Shown: positions 1-10,738, counted from the first letter of the stretch. The stretch is 64,000 nt of DNA from Bacilli bacterium (GCA_900769695.1 CAAGHO010000048.1:4698-68697); one strand, 5' to 3'. Numbers and translations: made by a program. The notes: generated from the sequence alone by a model not told the origin.

Positions 1-672
1 GAAAAATATATTAATATTAAAAAGATTTATAATGAAACAAATAGTGGTACAGCCTTTAAACAATGGCAAAAAGGTTTTTCTCTTGCAAAAGGAGATTATG
101 TTTGGATAGCCGAAGCAGATGATTATTGTGAAAAAAACTTTTTATCAACAGCTATAAAACCAATAAAAAAGGATCAAGATATAGTACTATCATATGTTGA
201 TACGGCATTTATTGATAAGGATGGATATGTCTTCATGAAATCAATAAAACCAGAAATAGATATATTACAAACCGGACACTGGGATCATGATTTTGTTAAT
301 TCAGGTATTGAAGAAATAAAAAATTATGCTTATTTAAATTGTACAGTTGCAAATGTATCTTCAGTCTTATTTAAAAATGATGATTATAGCAATTTTTTTA
401 AAGAGTCAGGAAAATATAGACAAGCAGGAGATTGGTTATTTTACATAAATATTATGAAACAAGGTAAAATTGCTTTTTCAAATAAACCAATCAACTATTA
501 TAGAGTGCATGGAAATAACGTAACATCGGTTACTAAAAAACAAGCACATTTTGATGAAATAGTTAAAATTCATACAGCATTAAATAAAGAGTTTAAACTA
601 AATAGTAAACAAAAAAAAGAAATTCAAAAAAGATACAAATTTTTAAAGAAAGTATGGAATTTAGATAAGTAA
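1..672 (+). CDS. Glycosyltransferase family 2 protein, C-terminal part (5' end lies upstream of the window)
   Basis: Frame 1 is open from nt 1 (EKYINIKKIYNETNSGTAFKQWQKGFSLAKGDYVWIAEADDY...) and runs into the listed 235..672 ORF. The 'AEADD' acidic motif is GT2-like, and this is the first gene of a glycosylation cluster. Confidence 0.7.
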   Translation, partial: EKYINIKKIYNETNSGTAFKQWQKGFSLAKGDYVWIAEADDYCEKNFLSTAIKPIKKDQDIVLSYVDTAFIDKDGYVFMKSIKPEIDILQTGHWDHDFVNSGIEEIKNYAYLNCTVANVSSVLFKNDDYSNFFKESGKYRQAGDWLFYINIMKQGKIAFSNKPINYYRVHGNNVTSVTKKQAHFDEIVKIHTALNKEFKLNSKQKKEIQKRYKFLKKVWNLDK

Positions 673-682
673 GGAGTATAAC

Positions 683-1651
683 ATGAGAGTTAAAAGTAAT
701 ATTAGTAATTGTTTATATGTAGTAATACCTTGCTATAATGAAGAAGAGGTTTTAGCAGTTACTACAGAAAAATTAACAGAAAAACTAAATAAAATGATTA
801 AAGACAAACTAATTAGTAAAGATAGTAAAATAATGTATGTTAATGATGGATCAAAAGATACAACTTGGGAATTAATTTGTAAATTTAACAAGGAAAATAA
901 ATTCGTAACAGGTGTTAATTTATCTAGAAATAGGGGTCATCAAAATGCATTGCTTGCAGGTCTTATGACAGCAAAAGAGTATGCCGATATTGTAATAAGT
1001 ATGGATGCTGATTTACAAGATGACATAAATGTTATGGATAAAATGGTTAAAGAATATAATAATGGTTGTGATATCGTTTATGGGGTTAGATCAGCTAGAA
1101 AAACAGATACATGGTTTAAAAGAACAACTGCAGAAGGTTTTTATAAATTTATGGCAAAGTTAGGTGTAGAAATAGTTTACAATCATGCTGATTATCGTTT
1201 AATGAGCAAAAGAGCTTTAAATGAGTTAGAAAAATTTAAAGAAGTAAATTTATTCTTAAGAGGAATAATACCACTAATTGGCTTTAAAACAGCGAAGGTT
1301 GAATATGAAAGAAATGAAAGGTTTGCTGGTGAGTCAAAATATCCATTAAAGAAAATGTTGAATTTTGCGATGGATGGAATATTGTCATTTAGTATTAAGC
1401 CAATAAGAATAATTACAACAGCAGGATTTATTGTTTCATTCCTAAGTTTTCTTTTGTTAATTTACGTAGTAATAGGACACTTTACTTCTAATAACGTTAC
1501 AGGATGGACAACAATTGTTTCCTTGATTTGTTTCTTTGGTGGATTTCAAATTCTATGTATTGGTATTGTTGGAGAGTATATTGGTAAAATTTATAATGAA
1601 ACAAAACAAAGACCAAGATTCATTATTGAGGATGTTATATTAAATGACTAA
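683..1651 (+). CDS. Polyprenyl-phosphate (bactoprenol) glycosyltransferase, GtrB/CsbB-like GT2
   Basis: Motifs VVIPCYNEEE, NDGSKDTT, MDADLQDD and ADYRLMSKRA are present. Two C-terminal TM helices are followed by GEYIGKIYNETKQRPRFII, the hallmark architecture of GtrB-type enzymes. An AGGAG RBS precedes the ATG. Confidence 0.85.
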   Translation: MRVKSNISNCLYVVIPCYNEEEVLAVTTEKLTEKLNKMIKDKLISKDSKIMYVNDGSKDTTWELICKFNKENKFVTGVNLSRNRGHQNALLAGLMTAKEYADIVISMDADLQDDINVMDKMVKEYNNGCDIVYGVRSARKTDTWFKRTTAEGFYKFMAKLGVEIVYNHADYRLMSKRALNELEKFKEVNLFLRGIIPLIGFKTAKVEYERNERFAGESKYPLKKMLNFAMDGILSFSIKPIRIITTAGFIVSFLSFLLLIYVVIGHFTSNNVTGWTTIVSLICFFGGFQILCIGIVGEYIGKIYNETKQRPRFIIEDVILND

Positions 1652-3203
1652 TATATTAAAGAAAACATGTGATTATCTAAAAAAAAATAGATTTGTTATT
1701 TCTTTGTTTTTTATAATTTTTATTTTATTAGCTTTTCAACATAGTGTGATCTCAATGTATTTTGATGATTATGGTAATGCGTCATTATCATATAGTTATT
1801 GGGTAAGTAATGTTGATGGTACAAATTATACAATACCTCAATTATTAGAATGGGCAAGACACATCTATAATAATTGGGGAGGAAGAATTTTTTATGCAAT
1901 CGTCTTCATAATACCCTTATTAAAGCATGGAATAAAAGCATATATGTTTGTTCAAACTTTTGTTATAACAGGGATAATATTTTTCATGTATAAAATAATT
2001 AAGTATTATTCAAAAAAACAAAAATATTTAGCAATTGTTCCAATTATATTATTTATATTGTACACATGTATTGATTTAAGTTACTTACGTCATGGGATTT
2101 ATTGGGCTTCAGCTTCTGTTTTATATGTTTGGCCTCTATTACCATTTATGGCTTTATTATATTATTATATAGTTTTATGTGATAAAGAAAAAAATAATAT
2201 AAAATTTAATAAAGTAATATCTAGTTTGATTATTATCTTTCTCTCATTTCTTACTACATTTTCACAAGAACAAATAGGAGTGGGATTAGTTGGTTTTGTT
2301 ATATTATATATAATTTCCCATCATTTTAAAGAAATAAAAAAATATTTAGTTATAGATTTACCATTGCTAGTTACAACAGTTATTAGTTATATTTTTCTAT
2401 TCATGGCTCCTGGTAACTGGGTTAGAATGGAAACAAATCAAGAGTTTGCAAAATTAAGTATTTTTGAAAAAGTAATAAAGAATTATTACAAAATATTAAA
2501 GTCTATATTCACGGATAAAATGAATATATTTATGCTTATTTTATGTTTTATAATGATATATATGTTATATAAAATAATAAAAAATTGTAAGCTTAAAAAT
2601 AAATACATTTTGTTGATTCCTGTATTAATTTCAATATTTGAGATGGTATTTATAATTTTTCCGGAATTATCAAATCATTATATCTTGTTTGTTTTAACAT
2701 CTACCATATGGTTATGTTTGTTCTTTGGTATCTCATTATTATATTTTAAAAATCATAAAATAATTGAATTTACATCATTTGAAGTCGCTGCTATCGGAAC
2801 AATATTTTGTCTAGTGTTTTCACCAGTTATTGGTGGTAGAACCGGAATACCTTATATATTTTTTATAATACTAATCATAACAAAAATGATAGTTGATATT
2901 TTAAATGATACTACTATAATTAAAATAATTTGTATGTTATTTATTATATATATAACAGTGACTGGTATTATAAACTATATTACAATATATTGTGGATATA
3001 GAGATAATTATGTTATTGCAGAGTTAAATGATAAGATTCTAAAAAAATATAGAAGTGAAGAGATAGTTAAATTATACAAAGTAAAAAATAGTATATATGG
3101 TTCAGTTCAATCATACGATGAACCATCTATGGATTTCTGGATTAAAGAGTACTATAATATTCCTCAAGAAACAAAGTTTATATGGGAAGATATATATAAA
3201 TAA
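1644..3203 (+). CDS. Polytopic membrane protein, candidate GT-C-type glycosyltransferase or polymerase partner of the GtrB-like enzyme
   Basis: 519 aa with more than 10 hydrophobic segments. It overlaps the GtrB-like gene by 8 nt, which suggests translational coupling. The function is inferred from context only. Confidence 0.5.
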   Translation: MTNILKKTCDYLKKNRFVISLFFIIFILLAFQHSVISMYFDDYGNASLSYSYWVSNVDGTNYTIPQLLEWARHIYNNWGGRIFYAIVFIIPLLKHGIKAYMFVQTFVITGIIFFMYKIIKYYSKKQKYLAIVPIILFILYTCIDLSYLRHGIYWASASVLYVWPLLPFMALLYYYIVLCDKEKNNIKFNKVISSLIIIFLSFLTTFSQEQIGVGLVGFVILYIISHHFKEIKKYLVIDLPLLVTTVISYIFLFMAPGNWVRMETNQEFAKLSIFEKVIKNYYKILKSIFTDKMNIFMLILCFIMIYMLYKIIKNCKLKNKYILLIPVLISIFEMVFIIFPELSNHYILFVLTSTIWLCLFFGISLLYFKNHKIIEFTSFEVAAIGTIFCLVFSPVIGGRTGIPYIFFIILIITKMIVDILNDTTIIKIICMLFIIYITVTGIINYITIYCGYRDNYVIAELNDKILKKYRSEEIVKLYKVKNSIYGSVQSYDEPSMDFWIKEYYNIPQETKFIWEDIYK

Positions 3204-3224
3204 ATATGAAGAAACAAAGTATTT

Positions 3225-4415
3225 TTGGAGGCAGTTATGAAAAAAACATTTAAACAGTTTATAAAATTTGGAATAGTAGGATGTATTAATACATTTAGTT
3301 CATGGGTATTTTATTATCCATTATTATTCTTAGGTCTTGATTATCGTATATGTACTACTATTGCTTATATTTTAAGTTCTATTATTGGTTATATTTTAAA
3401 TAATAAATGGGTATTCAAAAAGAATATATATGATTCTAATTCAGTCTTAAAATATTATATTATATATGGAAGTTCATATATAATTAATATGGCAGCAATG
3501 TATTTATGGGTTGATGTCTTAAAACTATCTGATTTAATCGCACCAGTATTAACCTTATTTATAACTGTTCCTTATAATTTTATTTTCAGCAGATTATGGG
3601 TATTTACAAAGAAAGAAAACAAATATATTAAACATCCCGAGAAATTTCATACATTTACGATCTGTGCTTATAAGGAATCTGAATATTTAGAAAAGTGCAT
3701 TCAGACAATTTTAAATCAATCAATAAAGTCAAATGTGATTATGTGTTCTTCTACAAAAAATAAGTATATTGAAGAGTTAGGAAAAAAATATAAAATTAAA
3801 ACTTATTTTAGAAAAGGTAAAAGTGATATTCAAGATGATTGGAACTTTGCTGTAAAAAATACAAAAACTGAACTTGTTACAGTAGTACATCAAGATGATG
3901 TTTACGATGAGCATTACTTAGAAAATATTTTGAATAATTATACTGGAAAAGAATTAATGCTTACTACCGATAATTACTATTATATTAATAATAAAAGTGT
4001 TGATAATAAAAATCTAAAATTAAAAAGGATTTTAAAATTTCCACTAAGAATACCTTTTATTGGAAATATAAGATTTATTAGAAAAATGACATTGTCTCTT
4101 GGTAATACAATTCAATGTCCTTCTGCCACTTATAATAAAAAATTAATTGGTGAACCTATATTTAGTTCTGATTTAAAGTTTGGACTAGATTGGGATACTT
4201 TCCTAAAAATATATAAAATGAAAGGAAAGATAAGATATATACCTTTAAAACTTATGTCATTTAGAATAAGTGATGCATCAACAACAAAATCATGTATGGA
4301 AAATGATTTAAGAATAAAAGAAGATAATATTATGTTTAGAAAATTTTGGCCTAATATTATAGTAAAATTAATAATGAAATTTTATGTAAAATGTTATGAT
4401 GTTTATGGAGAGTAA
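3225..4415 (+). CDS. GtrA-like membrane domain fused to a GT2 glycosyltransferase domain
   Basis: The N-terminal ~130 aa have four TM helices with FIKFGIVGCINT...RLWVFTKK (GtrA-like). The remainder starts FTICAYKESEYLEKCIQTILNQS and contains VHQDDVY (GT2-like). The start is possibly the ATG at 3237. Confidence 0.65.
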   Translation: MEAVMKKTFKQFIKFGIVGCINTFSSWVFYYPLLFLGLDYRICTTIAYILSSIIGYILNNKWVFKKNIYDSNSVLKYYIIYGSSYIINMAAMYLWVDVLKLSDLIAPVLTLFITVPYNFIFSRLWVFTKKENKYIKHPEKFHTFTICAYKESEYLEKCIQTILNQSIKSNVIMCSSTKNKYIEELGKKYKIKTYFRKGKSDIQDDWNFAVKNTKTELVTVVHQDDVYDEHYLENILNNYTGKELMLTTDNYYYINNKSVDNKNLKLKRILKFPLRIPFIGNIRFIRKMTLSLGNTIQCPSATYNKKLIGEPIFSSDLKFGLDWDTFLKIYKMKGKIRYIPLKLMSFRISDASTTKSCMENDLRIKEDNIMFRKFWPNIIVKLIMKFYVKCYDVYGE

Positions 4416-4417
4416 GA

Positions 4418-5719
4418 ATGAAAAATAAAATAATAGAAAATCTAAAAATTTTTTTTGTAATAAATATAATTATTTTGGTAAGTATATTTTTAGGTACATG
4501 TCTTCTATATCTTTCATATAAGATTCCACATTCAAACATGGAAAAAAATGTTTATAAATCTTATCAAGTTTTTGAAAAAGAAGGAGATCATCCTGCAGTT
4601 ATAAATCAACTAAAAGAACAAAGTAGACTTGATAATTTCACGGATGCATTGATGTTACTAAATACAATTACAGATTCAAATATTTCAACATTAAAGCAAT
4701 GTCTATTAGTATACAGATATGGGGACTTGTATGCATTACCAATTAATACTTTAAAAAAAATAAGTAATCATGAAAAGGTAACTGAAATTGTTAGTTATCC
4801 AAGGTATTGGCATGGTTATTTAATAGTATTAAAACCATTAGTAAGTATATTTAATTATAAACAGATAAGATTAATAAATGGATTATTTCAAATGTTAATA
4901 ATTTCATTTGTTATATTGTTATTTTGTAAAAGAAAAAAATATAAACTAATTATTCCATATATTTTATTAATTTTGGTATTAATGCCACCAGTAATATTTA
5001 AATCACTTCAATATTCAACTGTTTGGTACATATTTAATATCGGTATTCTATTACTCTTGTTATCTAGCAACAAAATCAACTTGTCATTTAAATATGTACT
5101 TTATATATTTGTAATATTAGGTGCTATGACAGCATATTTTGATTTTTATACATATCCAATAGTTACTTTTGGTATACCAGCAATTATATATTTTTCGATT
5201 TTTGATAGTAAGAATGATAATAAAATATATAAGTTTTTCAGCATCTGTTTTTCATGGGCGTATACTTATTTTACAGTTTGGGTAAGCAAATGGATTATTG
5301 GAACAATCTTCACCGATGAAAATGTAATTAGAAATGCATTAGAAACAGCTGGAGGCAGAATTTCTAATATCGACTCTGCTGGACAAAAATTTACTAGGAT
5401 GAGTGCTGTTTCAAGAAATATAGATTTATTTTTTAATAAATACATAGTTATTAGTTTGCTAATAGTATTGTGTATATTTATTGTTATAAGTATAAAAAAA
5501 TATAATTTAAAAAATATTAAAAATATCAAAAGTCAGTGGCCTTTAATTATTATAGGAATAATGCCCTTTATGTGGTATTATGTTTTTGGTAATCACTCAT
5601 ATATACATTATTGGATGACAAATAAAGGATTGTGTGTTACATATTTTGCAATTGTAATGATAATGATTAATTCATTGACTACAGCTAAAAAAGAAGATAA
5701 GCATACAATTCAAGAATAA
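4418..5719 (+). CDS. Polytopic membrane protein of unknown function (glycan-cluster associated)
   Basis: 433 aa with many TM segments. It starts 3 nt after the upstream stop. I recognise no catalytic motif. Confidence 0.5.
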   Translation: MKNKIIENLKIFFVINIIILVSIFLGTCLLYLSYKIPHSNMEKNVYKSYQVFEKEGDHPAVINQLKEQSRLDNFTDALMLLNTITDSNISTLKQCLLVYRYGDLYALPINTLKKISNHEKVTEIVSYPRYWHGYLIVLKPLVSIFNYKQIRLINGLFQMLIISFVILLFCKRKKYKLIIPYILLILVLMPPVIFKSLQYSTVWYIFNIGILLLLLSSNKINLSFKYVLYIFVILGAMTAYFDFYTYPIVTFGIPAIIYFSIFDSKNDNKIYKFFSICFSWAYTYFTVWVSKWIIGTIFTDENVIRNALETAGGRISNIDSAGQKFTRMSAVSRNIDLFFNKYIVISLLIVLCIFIVISIKKYNLKNIKNIKSQWPLIIIGIMPFMWYYVFGNHSYIHYWMTNKGLCVTYFAIVMIMINSLTTAKKEDKHTIQE

Positions 5720-5843
5720 AGGTATAACTTTCATTACCAGAAAAACATTTTTAGAATAATTTAGGAAAAGGAATCTCTTTTCCTTTTCATATGTAATTTT
5801 GTAATATTTACAATGCCATTTAAATCAAATATAATATTCTTAT

Positions 5844-6810
5844 ATGGTTCAAATAAAAAAAAGGTTAATTATTATGGAGAAAATTTCAGTTATTTTTCCT
5901 TGTTATAATGAGAAAGAAACTATTAATATTTTTTATAAAGAAATAACAAATGTTGCAGAAAAATTAAAAAAGTACAAATTTGAATTTTTATTTATAGATG
6001 ATGGTTCACGTGATAACACTTTAGAAATTATTAAAAAACTATCTAGTACAGATAAAAGGGTTAGATATATTTCTTTTTCAAGAAATTTTGGAAAAGAAGC
6101 TGCGATGTTTGCAGGTTTAGAACATGTTGATGGTGATTATGTAACCATAATGGATACTGATTTACAAGATCTACCTGCTATGTTAATAGATATGTTAGAT
6201 ATTATAAAAAAAGATGGATATGATGTAGTTGGAACTAGAAGAGTAACAAGAAAAGGAGAACTTTCTATTAGAAGTTTTTTTTGCTAGATGTTTTTATAAA
6301 ATAATTAATAAAATGTCTAAAATTGAAATGGTTGATGGAGCTAGGAATTATAGATTAACGAAACGTCAAGTAGTTGATTCTATTCTTTTACTTCAAGAAT
6401 ATAATAGATATTCGAAAGGACTTTTTAGTTTTGTTGGATATAATACAAAATGGCTAGAATATGAAAATGTAAAACGCATAGCAGGGGAGACTAAATGGTC
6501 TTTTTGGAAACTTTTTAAATACGCTTTAGATGGAATAGTCGCTTTTTCAACAACACCTTTATCACTTGCAGCTATATTAGGTATTATTATGTGCTTTGTC
6601 TCATTTATAGCAATTTTAGTAATAATTATTAAAACCCTTATATTTGGAGATCCAGTTGGTGGTTGGCCTTCAATGGTTTGTATTGTCTTATTTGTTAGTG
6701 GTATTCAATTATTATGTATGGGAATAATTGGGCAGTATCTAGCAAAAACATATTTAGAAACAAAGAAAAGACCTATATATATAATAAAAGAAACTAATGA
6801 TAAAAATTAG
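5844..6810 (+). pseudogene. Second GtrB-like polyprenyl-phosphate glycosyltransferase, interrupted by a +1 frameshift in a T8 run
   Basis: ORFs 5844..6287 (ISVIFPCYNE, DDGSRDNT, MDTDLQD) and 6313..6810 (VDGARNYRL..., two TM helices, GQYLAKTYLETKKRPIYII) are the N- and C-halves of one GtrB-type protein. Removing one T from the T8 run at 6275-6282 restores ...RSFFARCFYKIINKMSKIEMVDGARNYRL. The likely true start is the ATG at 5874. Confidence 0.75.
6275..6282 (+). repeat. T8 homopolymer at the frameshift site of the GtrB-like gene
   Basis: Counted directly: gaag-tttttttt-gctag. The frame changes exactly here. Confidence 0.9.
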
Positions 6811-6814
6811 TTTT

Positions 6815-7189
6815 TTAATTGAAAGCAATTTCAATATCAAGTTCAGTATCTACAAAGGCTATATATAAAAAGATTAAACCACTTATTAAAACTAAAGTAG
6901 ATCCAAGTAAACTTAAATTACTTAATCTAATTGTTTTTTGATTAGTTGTTTTTAGAACTCTTACATCCTTATAATTATCATAGAAAAAGTAAATATATAT
7001 TATAACAGCAATAATAAAAATTATAATTGTTAGTTTCCTATAAGTATCTTTAGCTTTTTGATCATTAAAACAAAAATATCTTTTTTCATATTTATTGGCA
7101 ATTAAACATAAACCAATTATGAAAAAATATATTATCCAAACAAAATTTTCAACATCTATTTGTTTTAATCTCTTTTCAATATCATTCAT
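6815..7189 (-). CDS. Small membrane protein (3-4 TM), unknown function
   Basis: 124 aa. It is a paralogue of 7524..7883: both begin with an xxDxIExxKxLxxENxxW motif followed by TM helices and ...YF.YDNYKD / YFLSRNYKD. Confidence 0.5.
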   Translation of the reverse strand: MNDIEKRLKQIDVENFVWIIYFFIIGLCLIANKYEKRYFCFNDQKAKDTYRKLTIIIFIIAVIIYIYFFYDNYKDVRVLKTTNQKTIRLSNLSLLGSTLVLISGLIFLYIAFVDTELDIEIAFN

Positions 7190-7239
7190 AATAAAATATA
7201 TTCTAATAACTTATTAATATAATTAAATAGGTGAAGAAA

Positions 7240-7521
7240 ATGAGTATTATTCCTAATGTAAGTCCTAAAGCCTTTTCTTTTAGTGCGATTATTGTTGGTT
7301 ATCTATTAATTGATGATTTAACAGCTAATGAACAAAATGCATTAGGAAACTGGTTAATGTTAACAGCTCAAGTTCTTTGTACTAATGCATATTATAAACA
7401 GGTTCAACAAGAAAGAAGTACCTCTAATAAAAATGTATCAAATGAAGATGGCATTGAAATGTTGAAAAAAATGGTAAATGCTTTAAATGAAGAAATAGAA
7501 AATTTAAAACGGAATCAGTAA
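7240..7521 (+). CDS. Small hypothetical protein with one hydrophobic segment and a C-terminal helix
   Basis: An AGGTGA RBS at 7229-7234 precedes the ATG at 7240, whereas the track starts at the GTG at 7231. The gene lies between two divergent paralogous membrane-protein genes. Confidence 0.45.
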   Translation: MSIIPNVSPKAFSFSAIIVGYLLIDDLTANEQNALGNWLMLTAQVLCTNAYYKQVQQERSTSNKNVSNEDGIEMLKKMVNALNEEIENLKRNQ

Positions 7522-7523
7522 AA

Positions 7524-7883
7524 TTATACATTCGAAGGTGAATCAGTTTGACGTCTTGTAGTAAGTTGAAAATATAAGAAACATAAAGTACCAATTAAAA
7601 CGAAAATACTTCCCATATAGCGAACTTCATAACTCTTATTCTTATGTTTACAAAAATCTTTATAATTTCTTGATAAAAAATAAATGTAAATAGGAATAGA
7701 AATAGCAGTTAAAGTTAAAAATAATTTATCTGCTTTTTGTTGAGACTTTTTATCACCGTATAAAAGATTCTTTTTAATTAATTCATCTCCATATATATCT
7801 AAAATTGAAATAACGATAAAAACAACCCATATCAGGTTTTCAAAATTAAGTCGCTTAACCATTTCAATAGTATCTTTATCCAT
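7524..7883 (-). CDS. Small membrane protein, paralogue of 6815..7189
   Basis: 119 aa with the same N-terminal motif and TM layout as 6815..7189. Confidence 0.5.
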   Translation of the reverse strand: MDKDTIEMVKRLNFENLIWVVFIVISILDIYGDELIKKNLLYGDKKSQQKADKLFLTLTAISIPIYIYFLSRNYKDFCKHKNKSYEVRYMGSIFVLIGTLCFLYFQLTTRRQTDSPSNV

Positions 7884-7979
7884 ATTTAAATATATGTTAG
7901 AAAATAATTTTATATTTAGAAAAAAAGTGTTGATTAGATATTTAAAACTGATAAAATAGATTATAGATGAGGTGGTACT

Positions 7980-10142
7980 ATGGATAAAAAAGAACTTCTA
8001 GCTCCTGTTGGTAATATGGAAAGCCTATATCAAGCAGTTCATAATGGAGCAGATGCAGTCTACTTAGGATTAAAAACTTTTGGAGCAAGAGCTTTTGCTA
8101 AAAACTTTTCAGAAGAAGATTTTATTAAAGCAATAAAATATTGTCATTTATATGGAGTAAAAATATATGTAACTATGAATACTCTAATTAAGACTGATGA
8201 AGTTGAGGCATTTATAAATACAATTGATTTTCTTCATAAAAATTCAGTTGATGCTGTTATCATGCAAGACTTTGGTATGATTTGCTTAGTAAGAGAAATG
8301 TTTCCAAATTTAGAGATTCATGCTTCTACTCAAGCTAATAATAGTAGTCTAGAAACCATCAAGCTTTTTTATAAACTAGGTGTTAAAAGAGTTGTATTAT
8401 CACGTGAACTATCAATAAATGAAATTAATAAAATAGATGTTCCTATTGAACTAGAATGCTTTATTCATGGAGCGTTATGTATCAGTTATTCAGGAAATTG
8501 TCTAATGAGTTCAATGATAGGTAAAAGAAGTGGAAATAGAGGAGAATGTACAGGTTGTTGCCGTCTTCCTTATAGCCTGTATGAAAATAATAAACTACTA
8601 GTTTCAAATAAATATTTATTAAGTACAAGAGAATTAAACACATCAGGCCATATCAAAGAACTATTAAATAGTAAGATTAAAAGTTTTAAAATAGAAGGTA
8701 GAATGAAAAGCCCTGAATATGTAGGATTTATTACTAATTTTTATCGTCATTTAATAGATTCAAAAGAGTTTAATTATGAAGAAGAAACAAACAAGTTAAA
8801 AACACTGTTTAATAGAAAATTCACAGATGGTAATTTATTTGAAACAACTACTCTTATGAATATAGATACACCCAATCATATTGGTTTAAAAATAGGAAAA
8901 GTAATTTCAGTAAACACTAAAAAAATAAAAATAAAATTAGAAGGGACTCTTAATCAAGAAGATGGGATTAGATTCTTAGAAAGTGGTAAAGGTTTTATTT
9001 GTAACTATCTATATAATGATAAAGATAAGCTTATTAACAGTAGTGATGATATTGTCTATCTTGATAACAAAATAGGACTAACTACTTGTGATACTGTTTA
9101 TAAAACGCAAGATAAAAAATTAATCGAAAGTTTAGAAAAGTATGAAGAAAAACATCTACCTTTAAGATTTAAGTTAACTGCTAGAAAAAATAAAGTCTTA
9201 ACATTAGAAGCAACTTCCTTAGAAAGTAAGGTTTTAGTTACTGGTAGTATTGTAGAAGGAGCAATTTCTAATCCAATTAGTACAGAAAGAATTAAACTTC
9301 AACTAGAAAGACTAGGTAATAGTCCATTTTATCTAGAAAAACTAGATTTAGATATAGATGATGATATCTTTATTCCTGTTAAAAATCTAAATGAAATAAG
9401 AAGAGAAGCAGTTTCTAAAATAATTTCACTTAAAGAAAATACTAATAATCCTAATTATATTCGAAAATGTGTAAAATTTGAAAAACTAAATCTAGATTCC
9501 GAAGATAATATTTTAACTAGTAGCCTCTATACTGAAGAACAATTATTAACCTGTCTAGAATTAAATTTTAAAAGAATTTATGTAAAAGATTTTGCACTTT
9601 ACCAAAAGTATCTTGATAATAAGAATGTATTTTACGTATTACCAAGATCTAATTTTTCTAACAGCTATAATATTAATAACAGTCTAGTTAGTGAATATAT
9701 TGACTTTAACAAAAATATAAATTTAGTTGGTAATTATTTTCTTAATATAACTAACCCTTATACTGCATATTATTTATTAAGACAAGGTTTAAACAATTTT
9801 ACATTATCACCAGAATTAGATGAAGATGAAACACTTAAGTTAGTAACTTCTTTTAGAAAAATTTTTAAATTTGATTTAATACCAGAAGTCCTAGTCTATG
9901 GAAAAGTAGAAAACATGTATATAAAAGGTAATATTTTAAATATAGATAATAGTCTTTATAAGTATAGATTAAAAGATTCTAAAAATAGATATTTTGATGT
10001 TTATTTAGATAATAATAACAATACAACTATTTTAAACTACAAAAATATTGAAAAAGCTATTTCAAATAAATGTCAATTTAGATTTGATTTTTATGATGAA
10101 GATGGAAAAACTATAAAAGAAATTGTAAAAAAGTATCAATAA
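7980..10142 (+). CDS. Peptidase U32 family protein (long form with C-terminal extension)
   Basis: The U32 signature ECFIHGALCISYSGNCLMS is present and the N-terminus reads ELLAPVGNMESLYQAVHNGADAVYLG. Length is 720 aa. Confidence 0.85.
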   Translation: MDKKELLAPVGNMESLYQAVHNGADAVYLGLKTFGARAFAKNFSEEDFIKAIKYCHLYGVKIYVTMNTLIKTDEVEAFINTIDFLHKNSVDAVIMQDFGMICLVREMFPNLEIHASTQANNSSLETIKLFYKLGVKRVVLSRELSINEINKIDVPIELECFIHGALCISYSGNCLMSSMIGKRSGNRGECTGCCRLPYSLYENNKLLVSNKYLLSTRELNTSGHIKELLNSKIKSFKIEGRMKSPEYVGFITNFYRHLIDSKEFNYEEETNKLKTLFNRKFTDGNLFETTTLMNIDTPNHIGLKIGKVISVNTKKIKIKLEGTLNQEDGIRFLESGKGFICNYLYNDKDKLINSSDDIVYLDNKIGLTTCDTVYKTQDKKLIESLEKYEEKHLPLRFKLTARKNKVLTLEATSLESKVLVTGSIVEGAISNPISTERIKLQLERLGNSPFYLEKLDLDIDDDIFIPVKNLNEIRREAVSKIISLKENTNNPNYIRKCVKFEKLNLDSEDNILTSSLYTEEQLLTCLELNFKRIYVKDFALYQKYLDNKNVFYVLPRSNFSNSYNINNSLVSEYIDFNKNINLVGNYFLNITNPYTAYYLLRQGLNNFTLSPELDEDETLKLVTSFRKIFKFDLIPEVLVYGKVENMYIKGNILNIDNSLYKYRLKDSKNRYFDVYLDNNNNTTILNYKNIEKAISNKCQFRFDFYDEDGKTIKEIVKKYQ

Positions 10143-10208
10143 ATTTTAGAATTGTTTCTAAATTGTCAAAAATGTGATAAAATAAATTTAGATAGGGAGA
10201 GTGATTTT

Positions 10209-10736
10209 ATGACAAAAACTGAATCATTAAGAAAGGTACCAGCTAAAAACTATGTATTTTTAGTAATTATATTTTTAACAACATTCTTACTTGCTTATTA
10301 TTTGTATAAATGGTATGATGCTTATTCAACTTATCAGAATAGTATTCCAGTTATTAGAGATACTCTTCCAGAAGTAACAGAAGAAGAAATGGAACATTAT
10401 ATTCAAGAAACTCCAACAACTACGATTTATGTTTGTACAGCATCTGATATAACATGTAGAAACTTTGAGAAAAAATTTAAAAAACTAGTTGAACAATCTT
10501 CATTAAAAGAATATATAACTTATGTTAATTTAGAAGAAGAAAATAAAGAAGAATTTATTAATAGATTTAATATAAATCATCCATATAGAAAAATAGGATT
10601 AAAGAAATATCCTGCTTTAATATATTTTGAAGATGGAAAAGTAGTAGATATGTTGCAATCAAGTAAAGATGAAGAATTAACAATTTCTGATGTTAAGAAA
10701 TTTATTAAGAATAATAAGATAGGAACTACTTATTAA
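10209..10736 (+). CDS. Membrane-anchored thioredoxin-fold-like protein (putative)
   Basis: A GGGAGAG RBS precedes the ATG at 10209. One N-terminal TM helix is followed by IYVCTASDITCRNFEKKF...YPALIYFEDGKVVD, which resembles a Trx-like fold without a canonical CxxC. Confidence 0.4.
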   Translation: MTKTESLRKVPAKNYVFLVIIFLTTFLLAYYLYKWYDAYSTYQNSIPVIRDTLPEVTEEEMEHYIQETPTTTIYVCTASDITCRNFEKKFKKLVEQSSLKEYITYVNLEEENKEEFINRFNINHPYRKIGLKKYPALIYFEDGKVVDMLQSSKDEELTISDVKKFIKNNKIGTTY

Positions 10737-10738
10737 TT

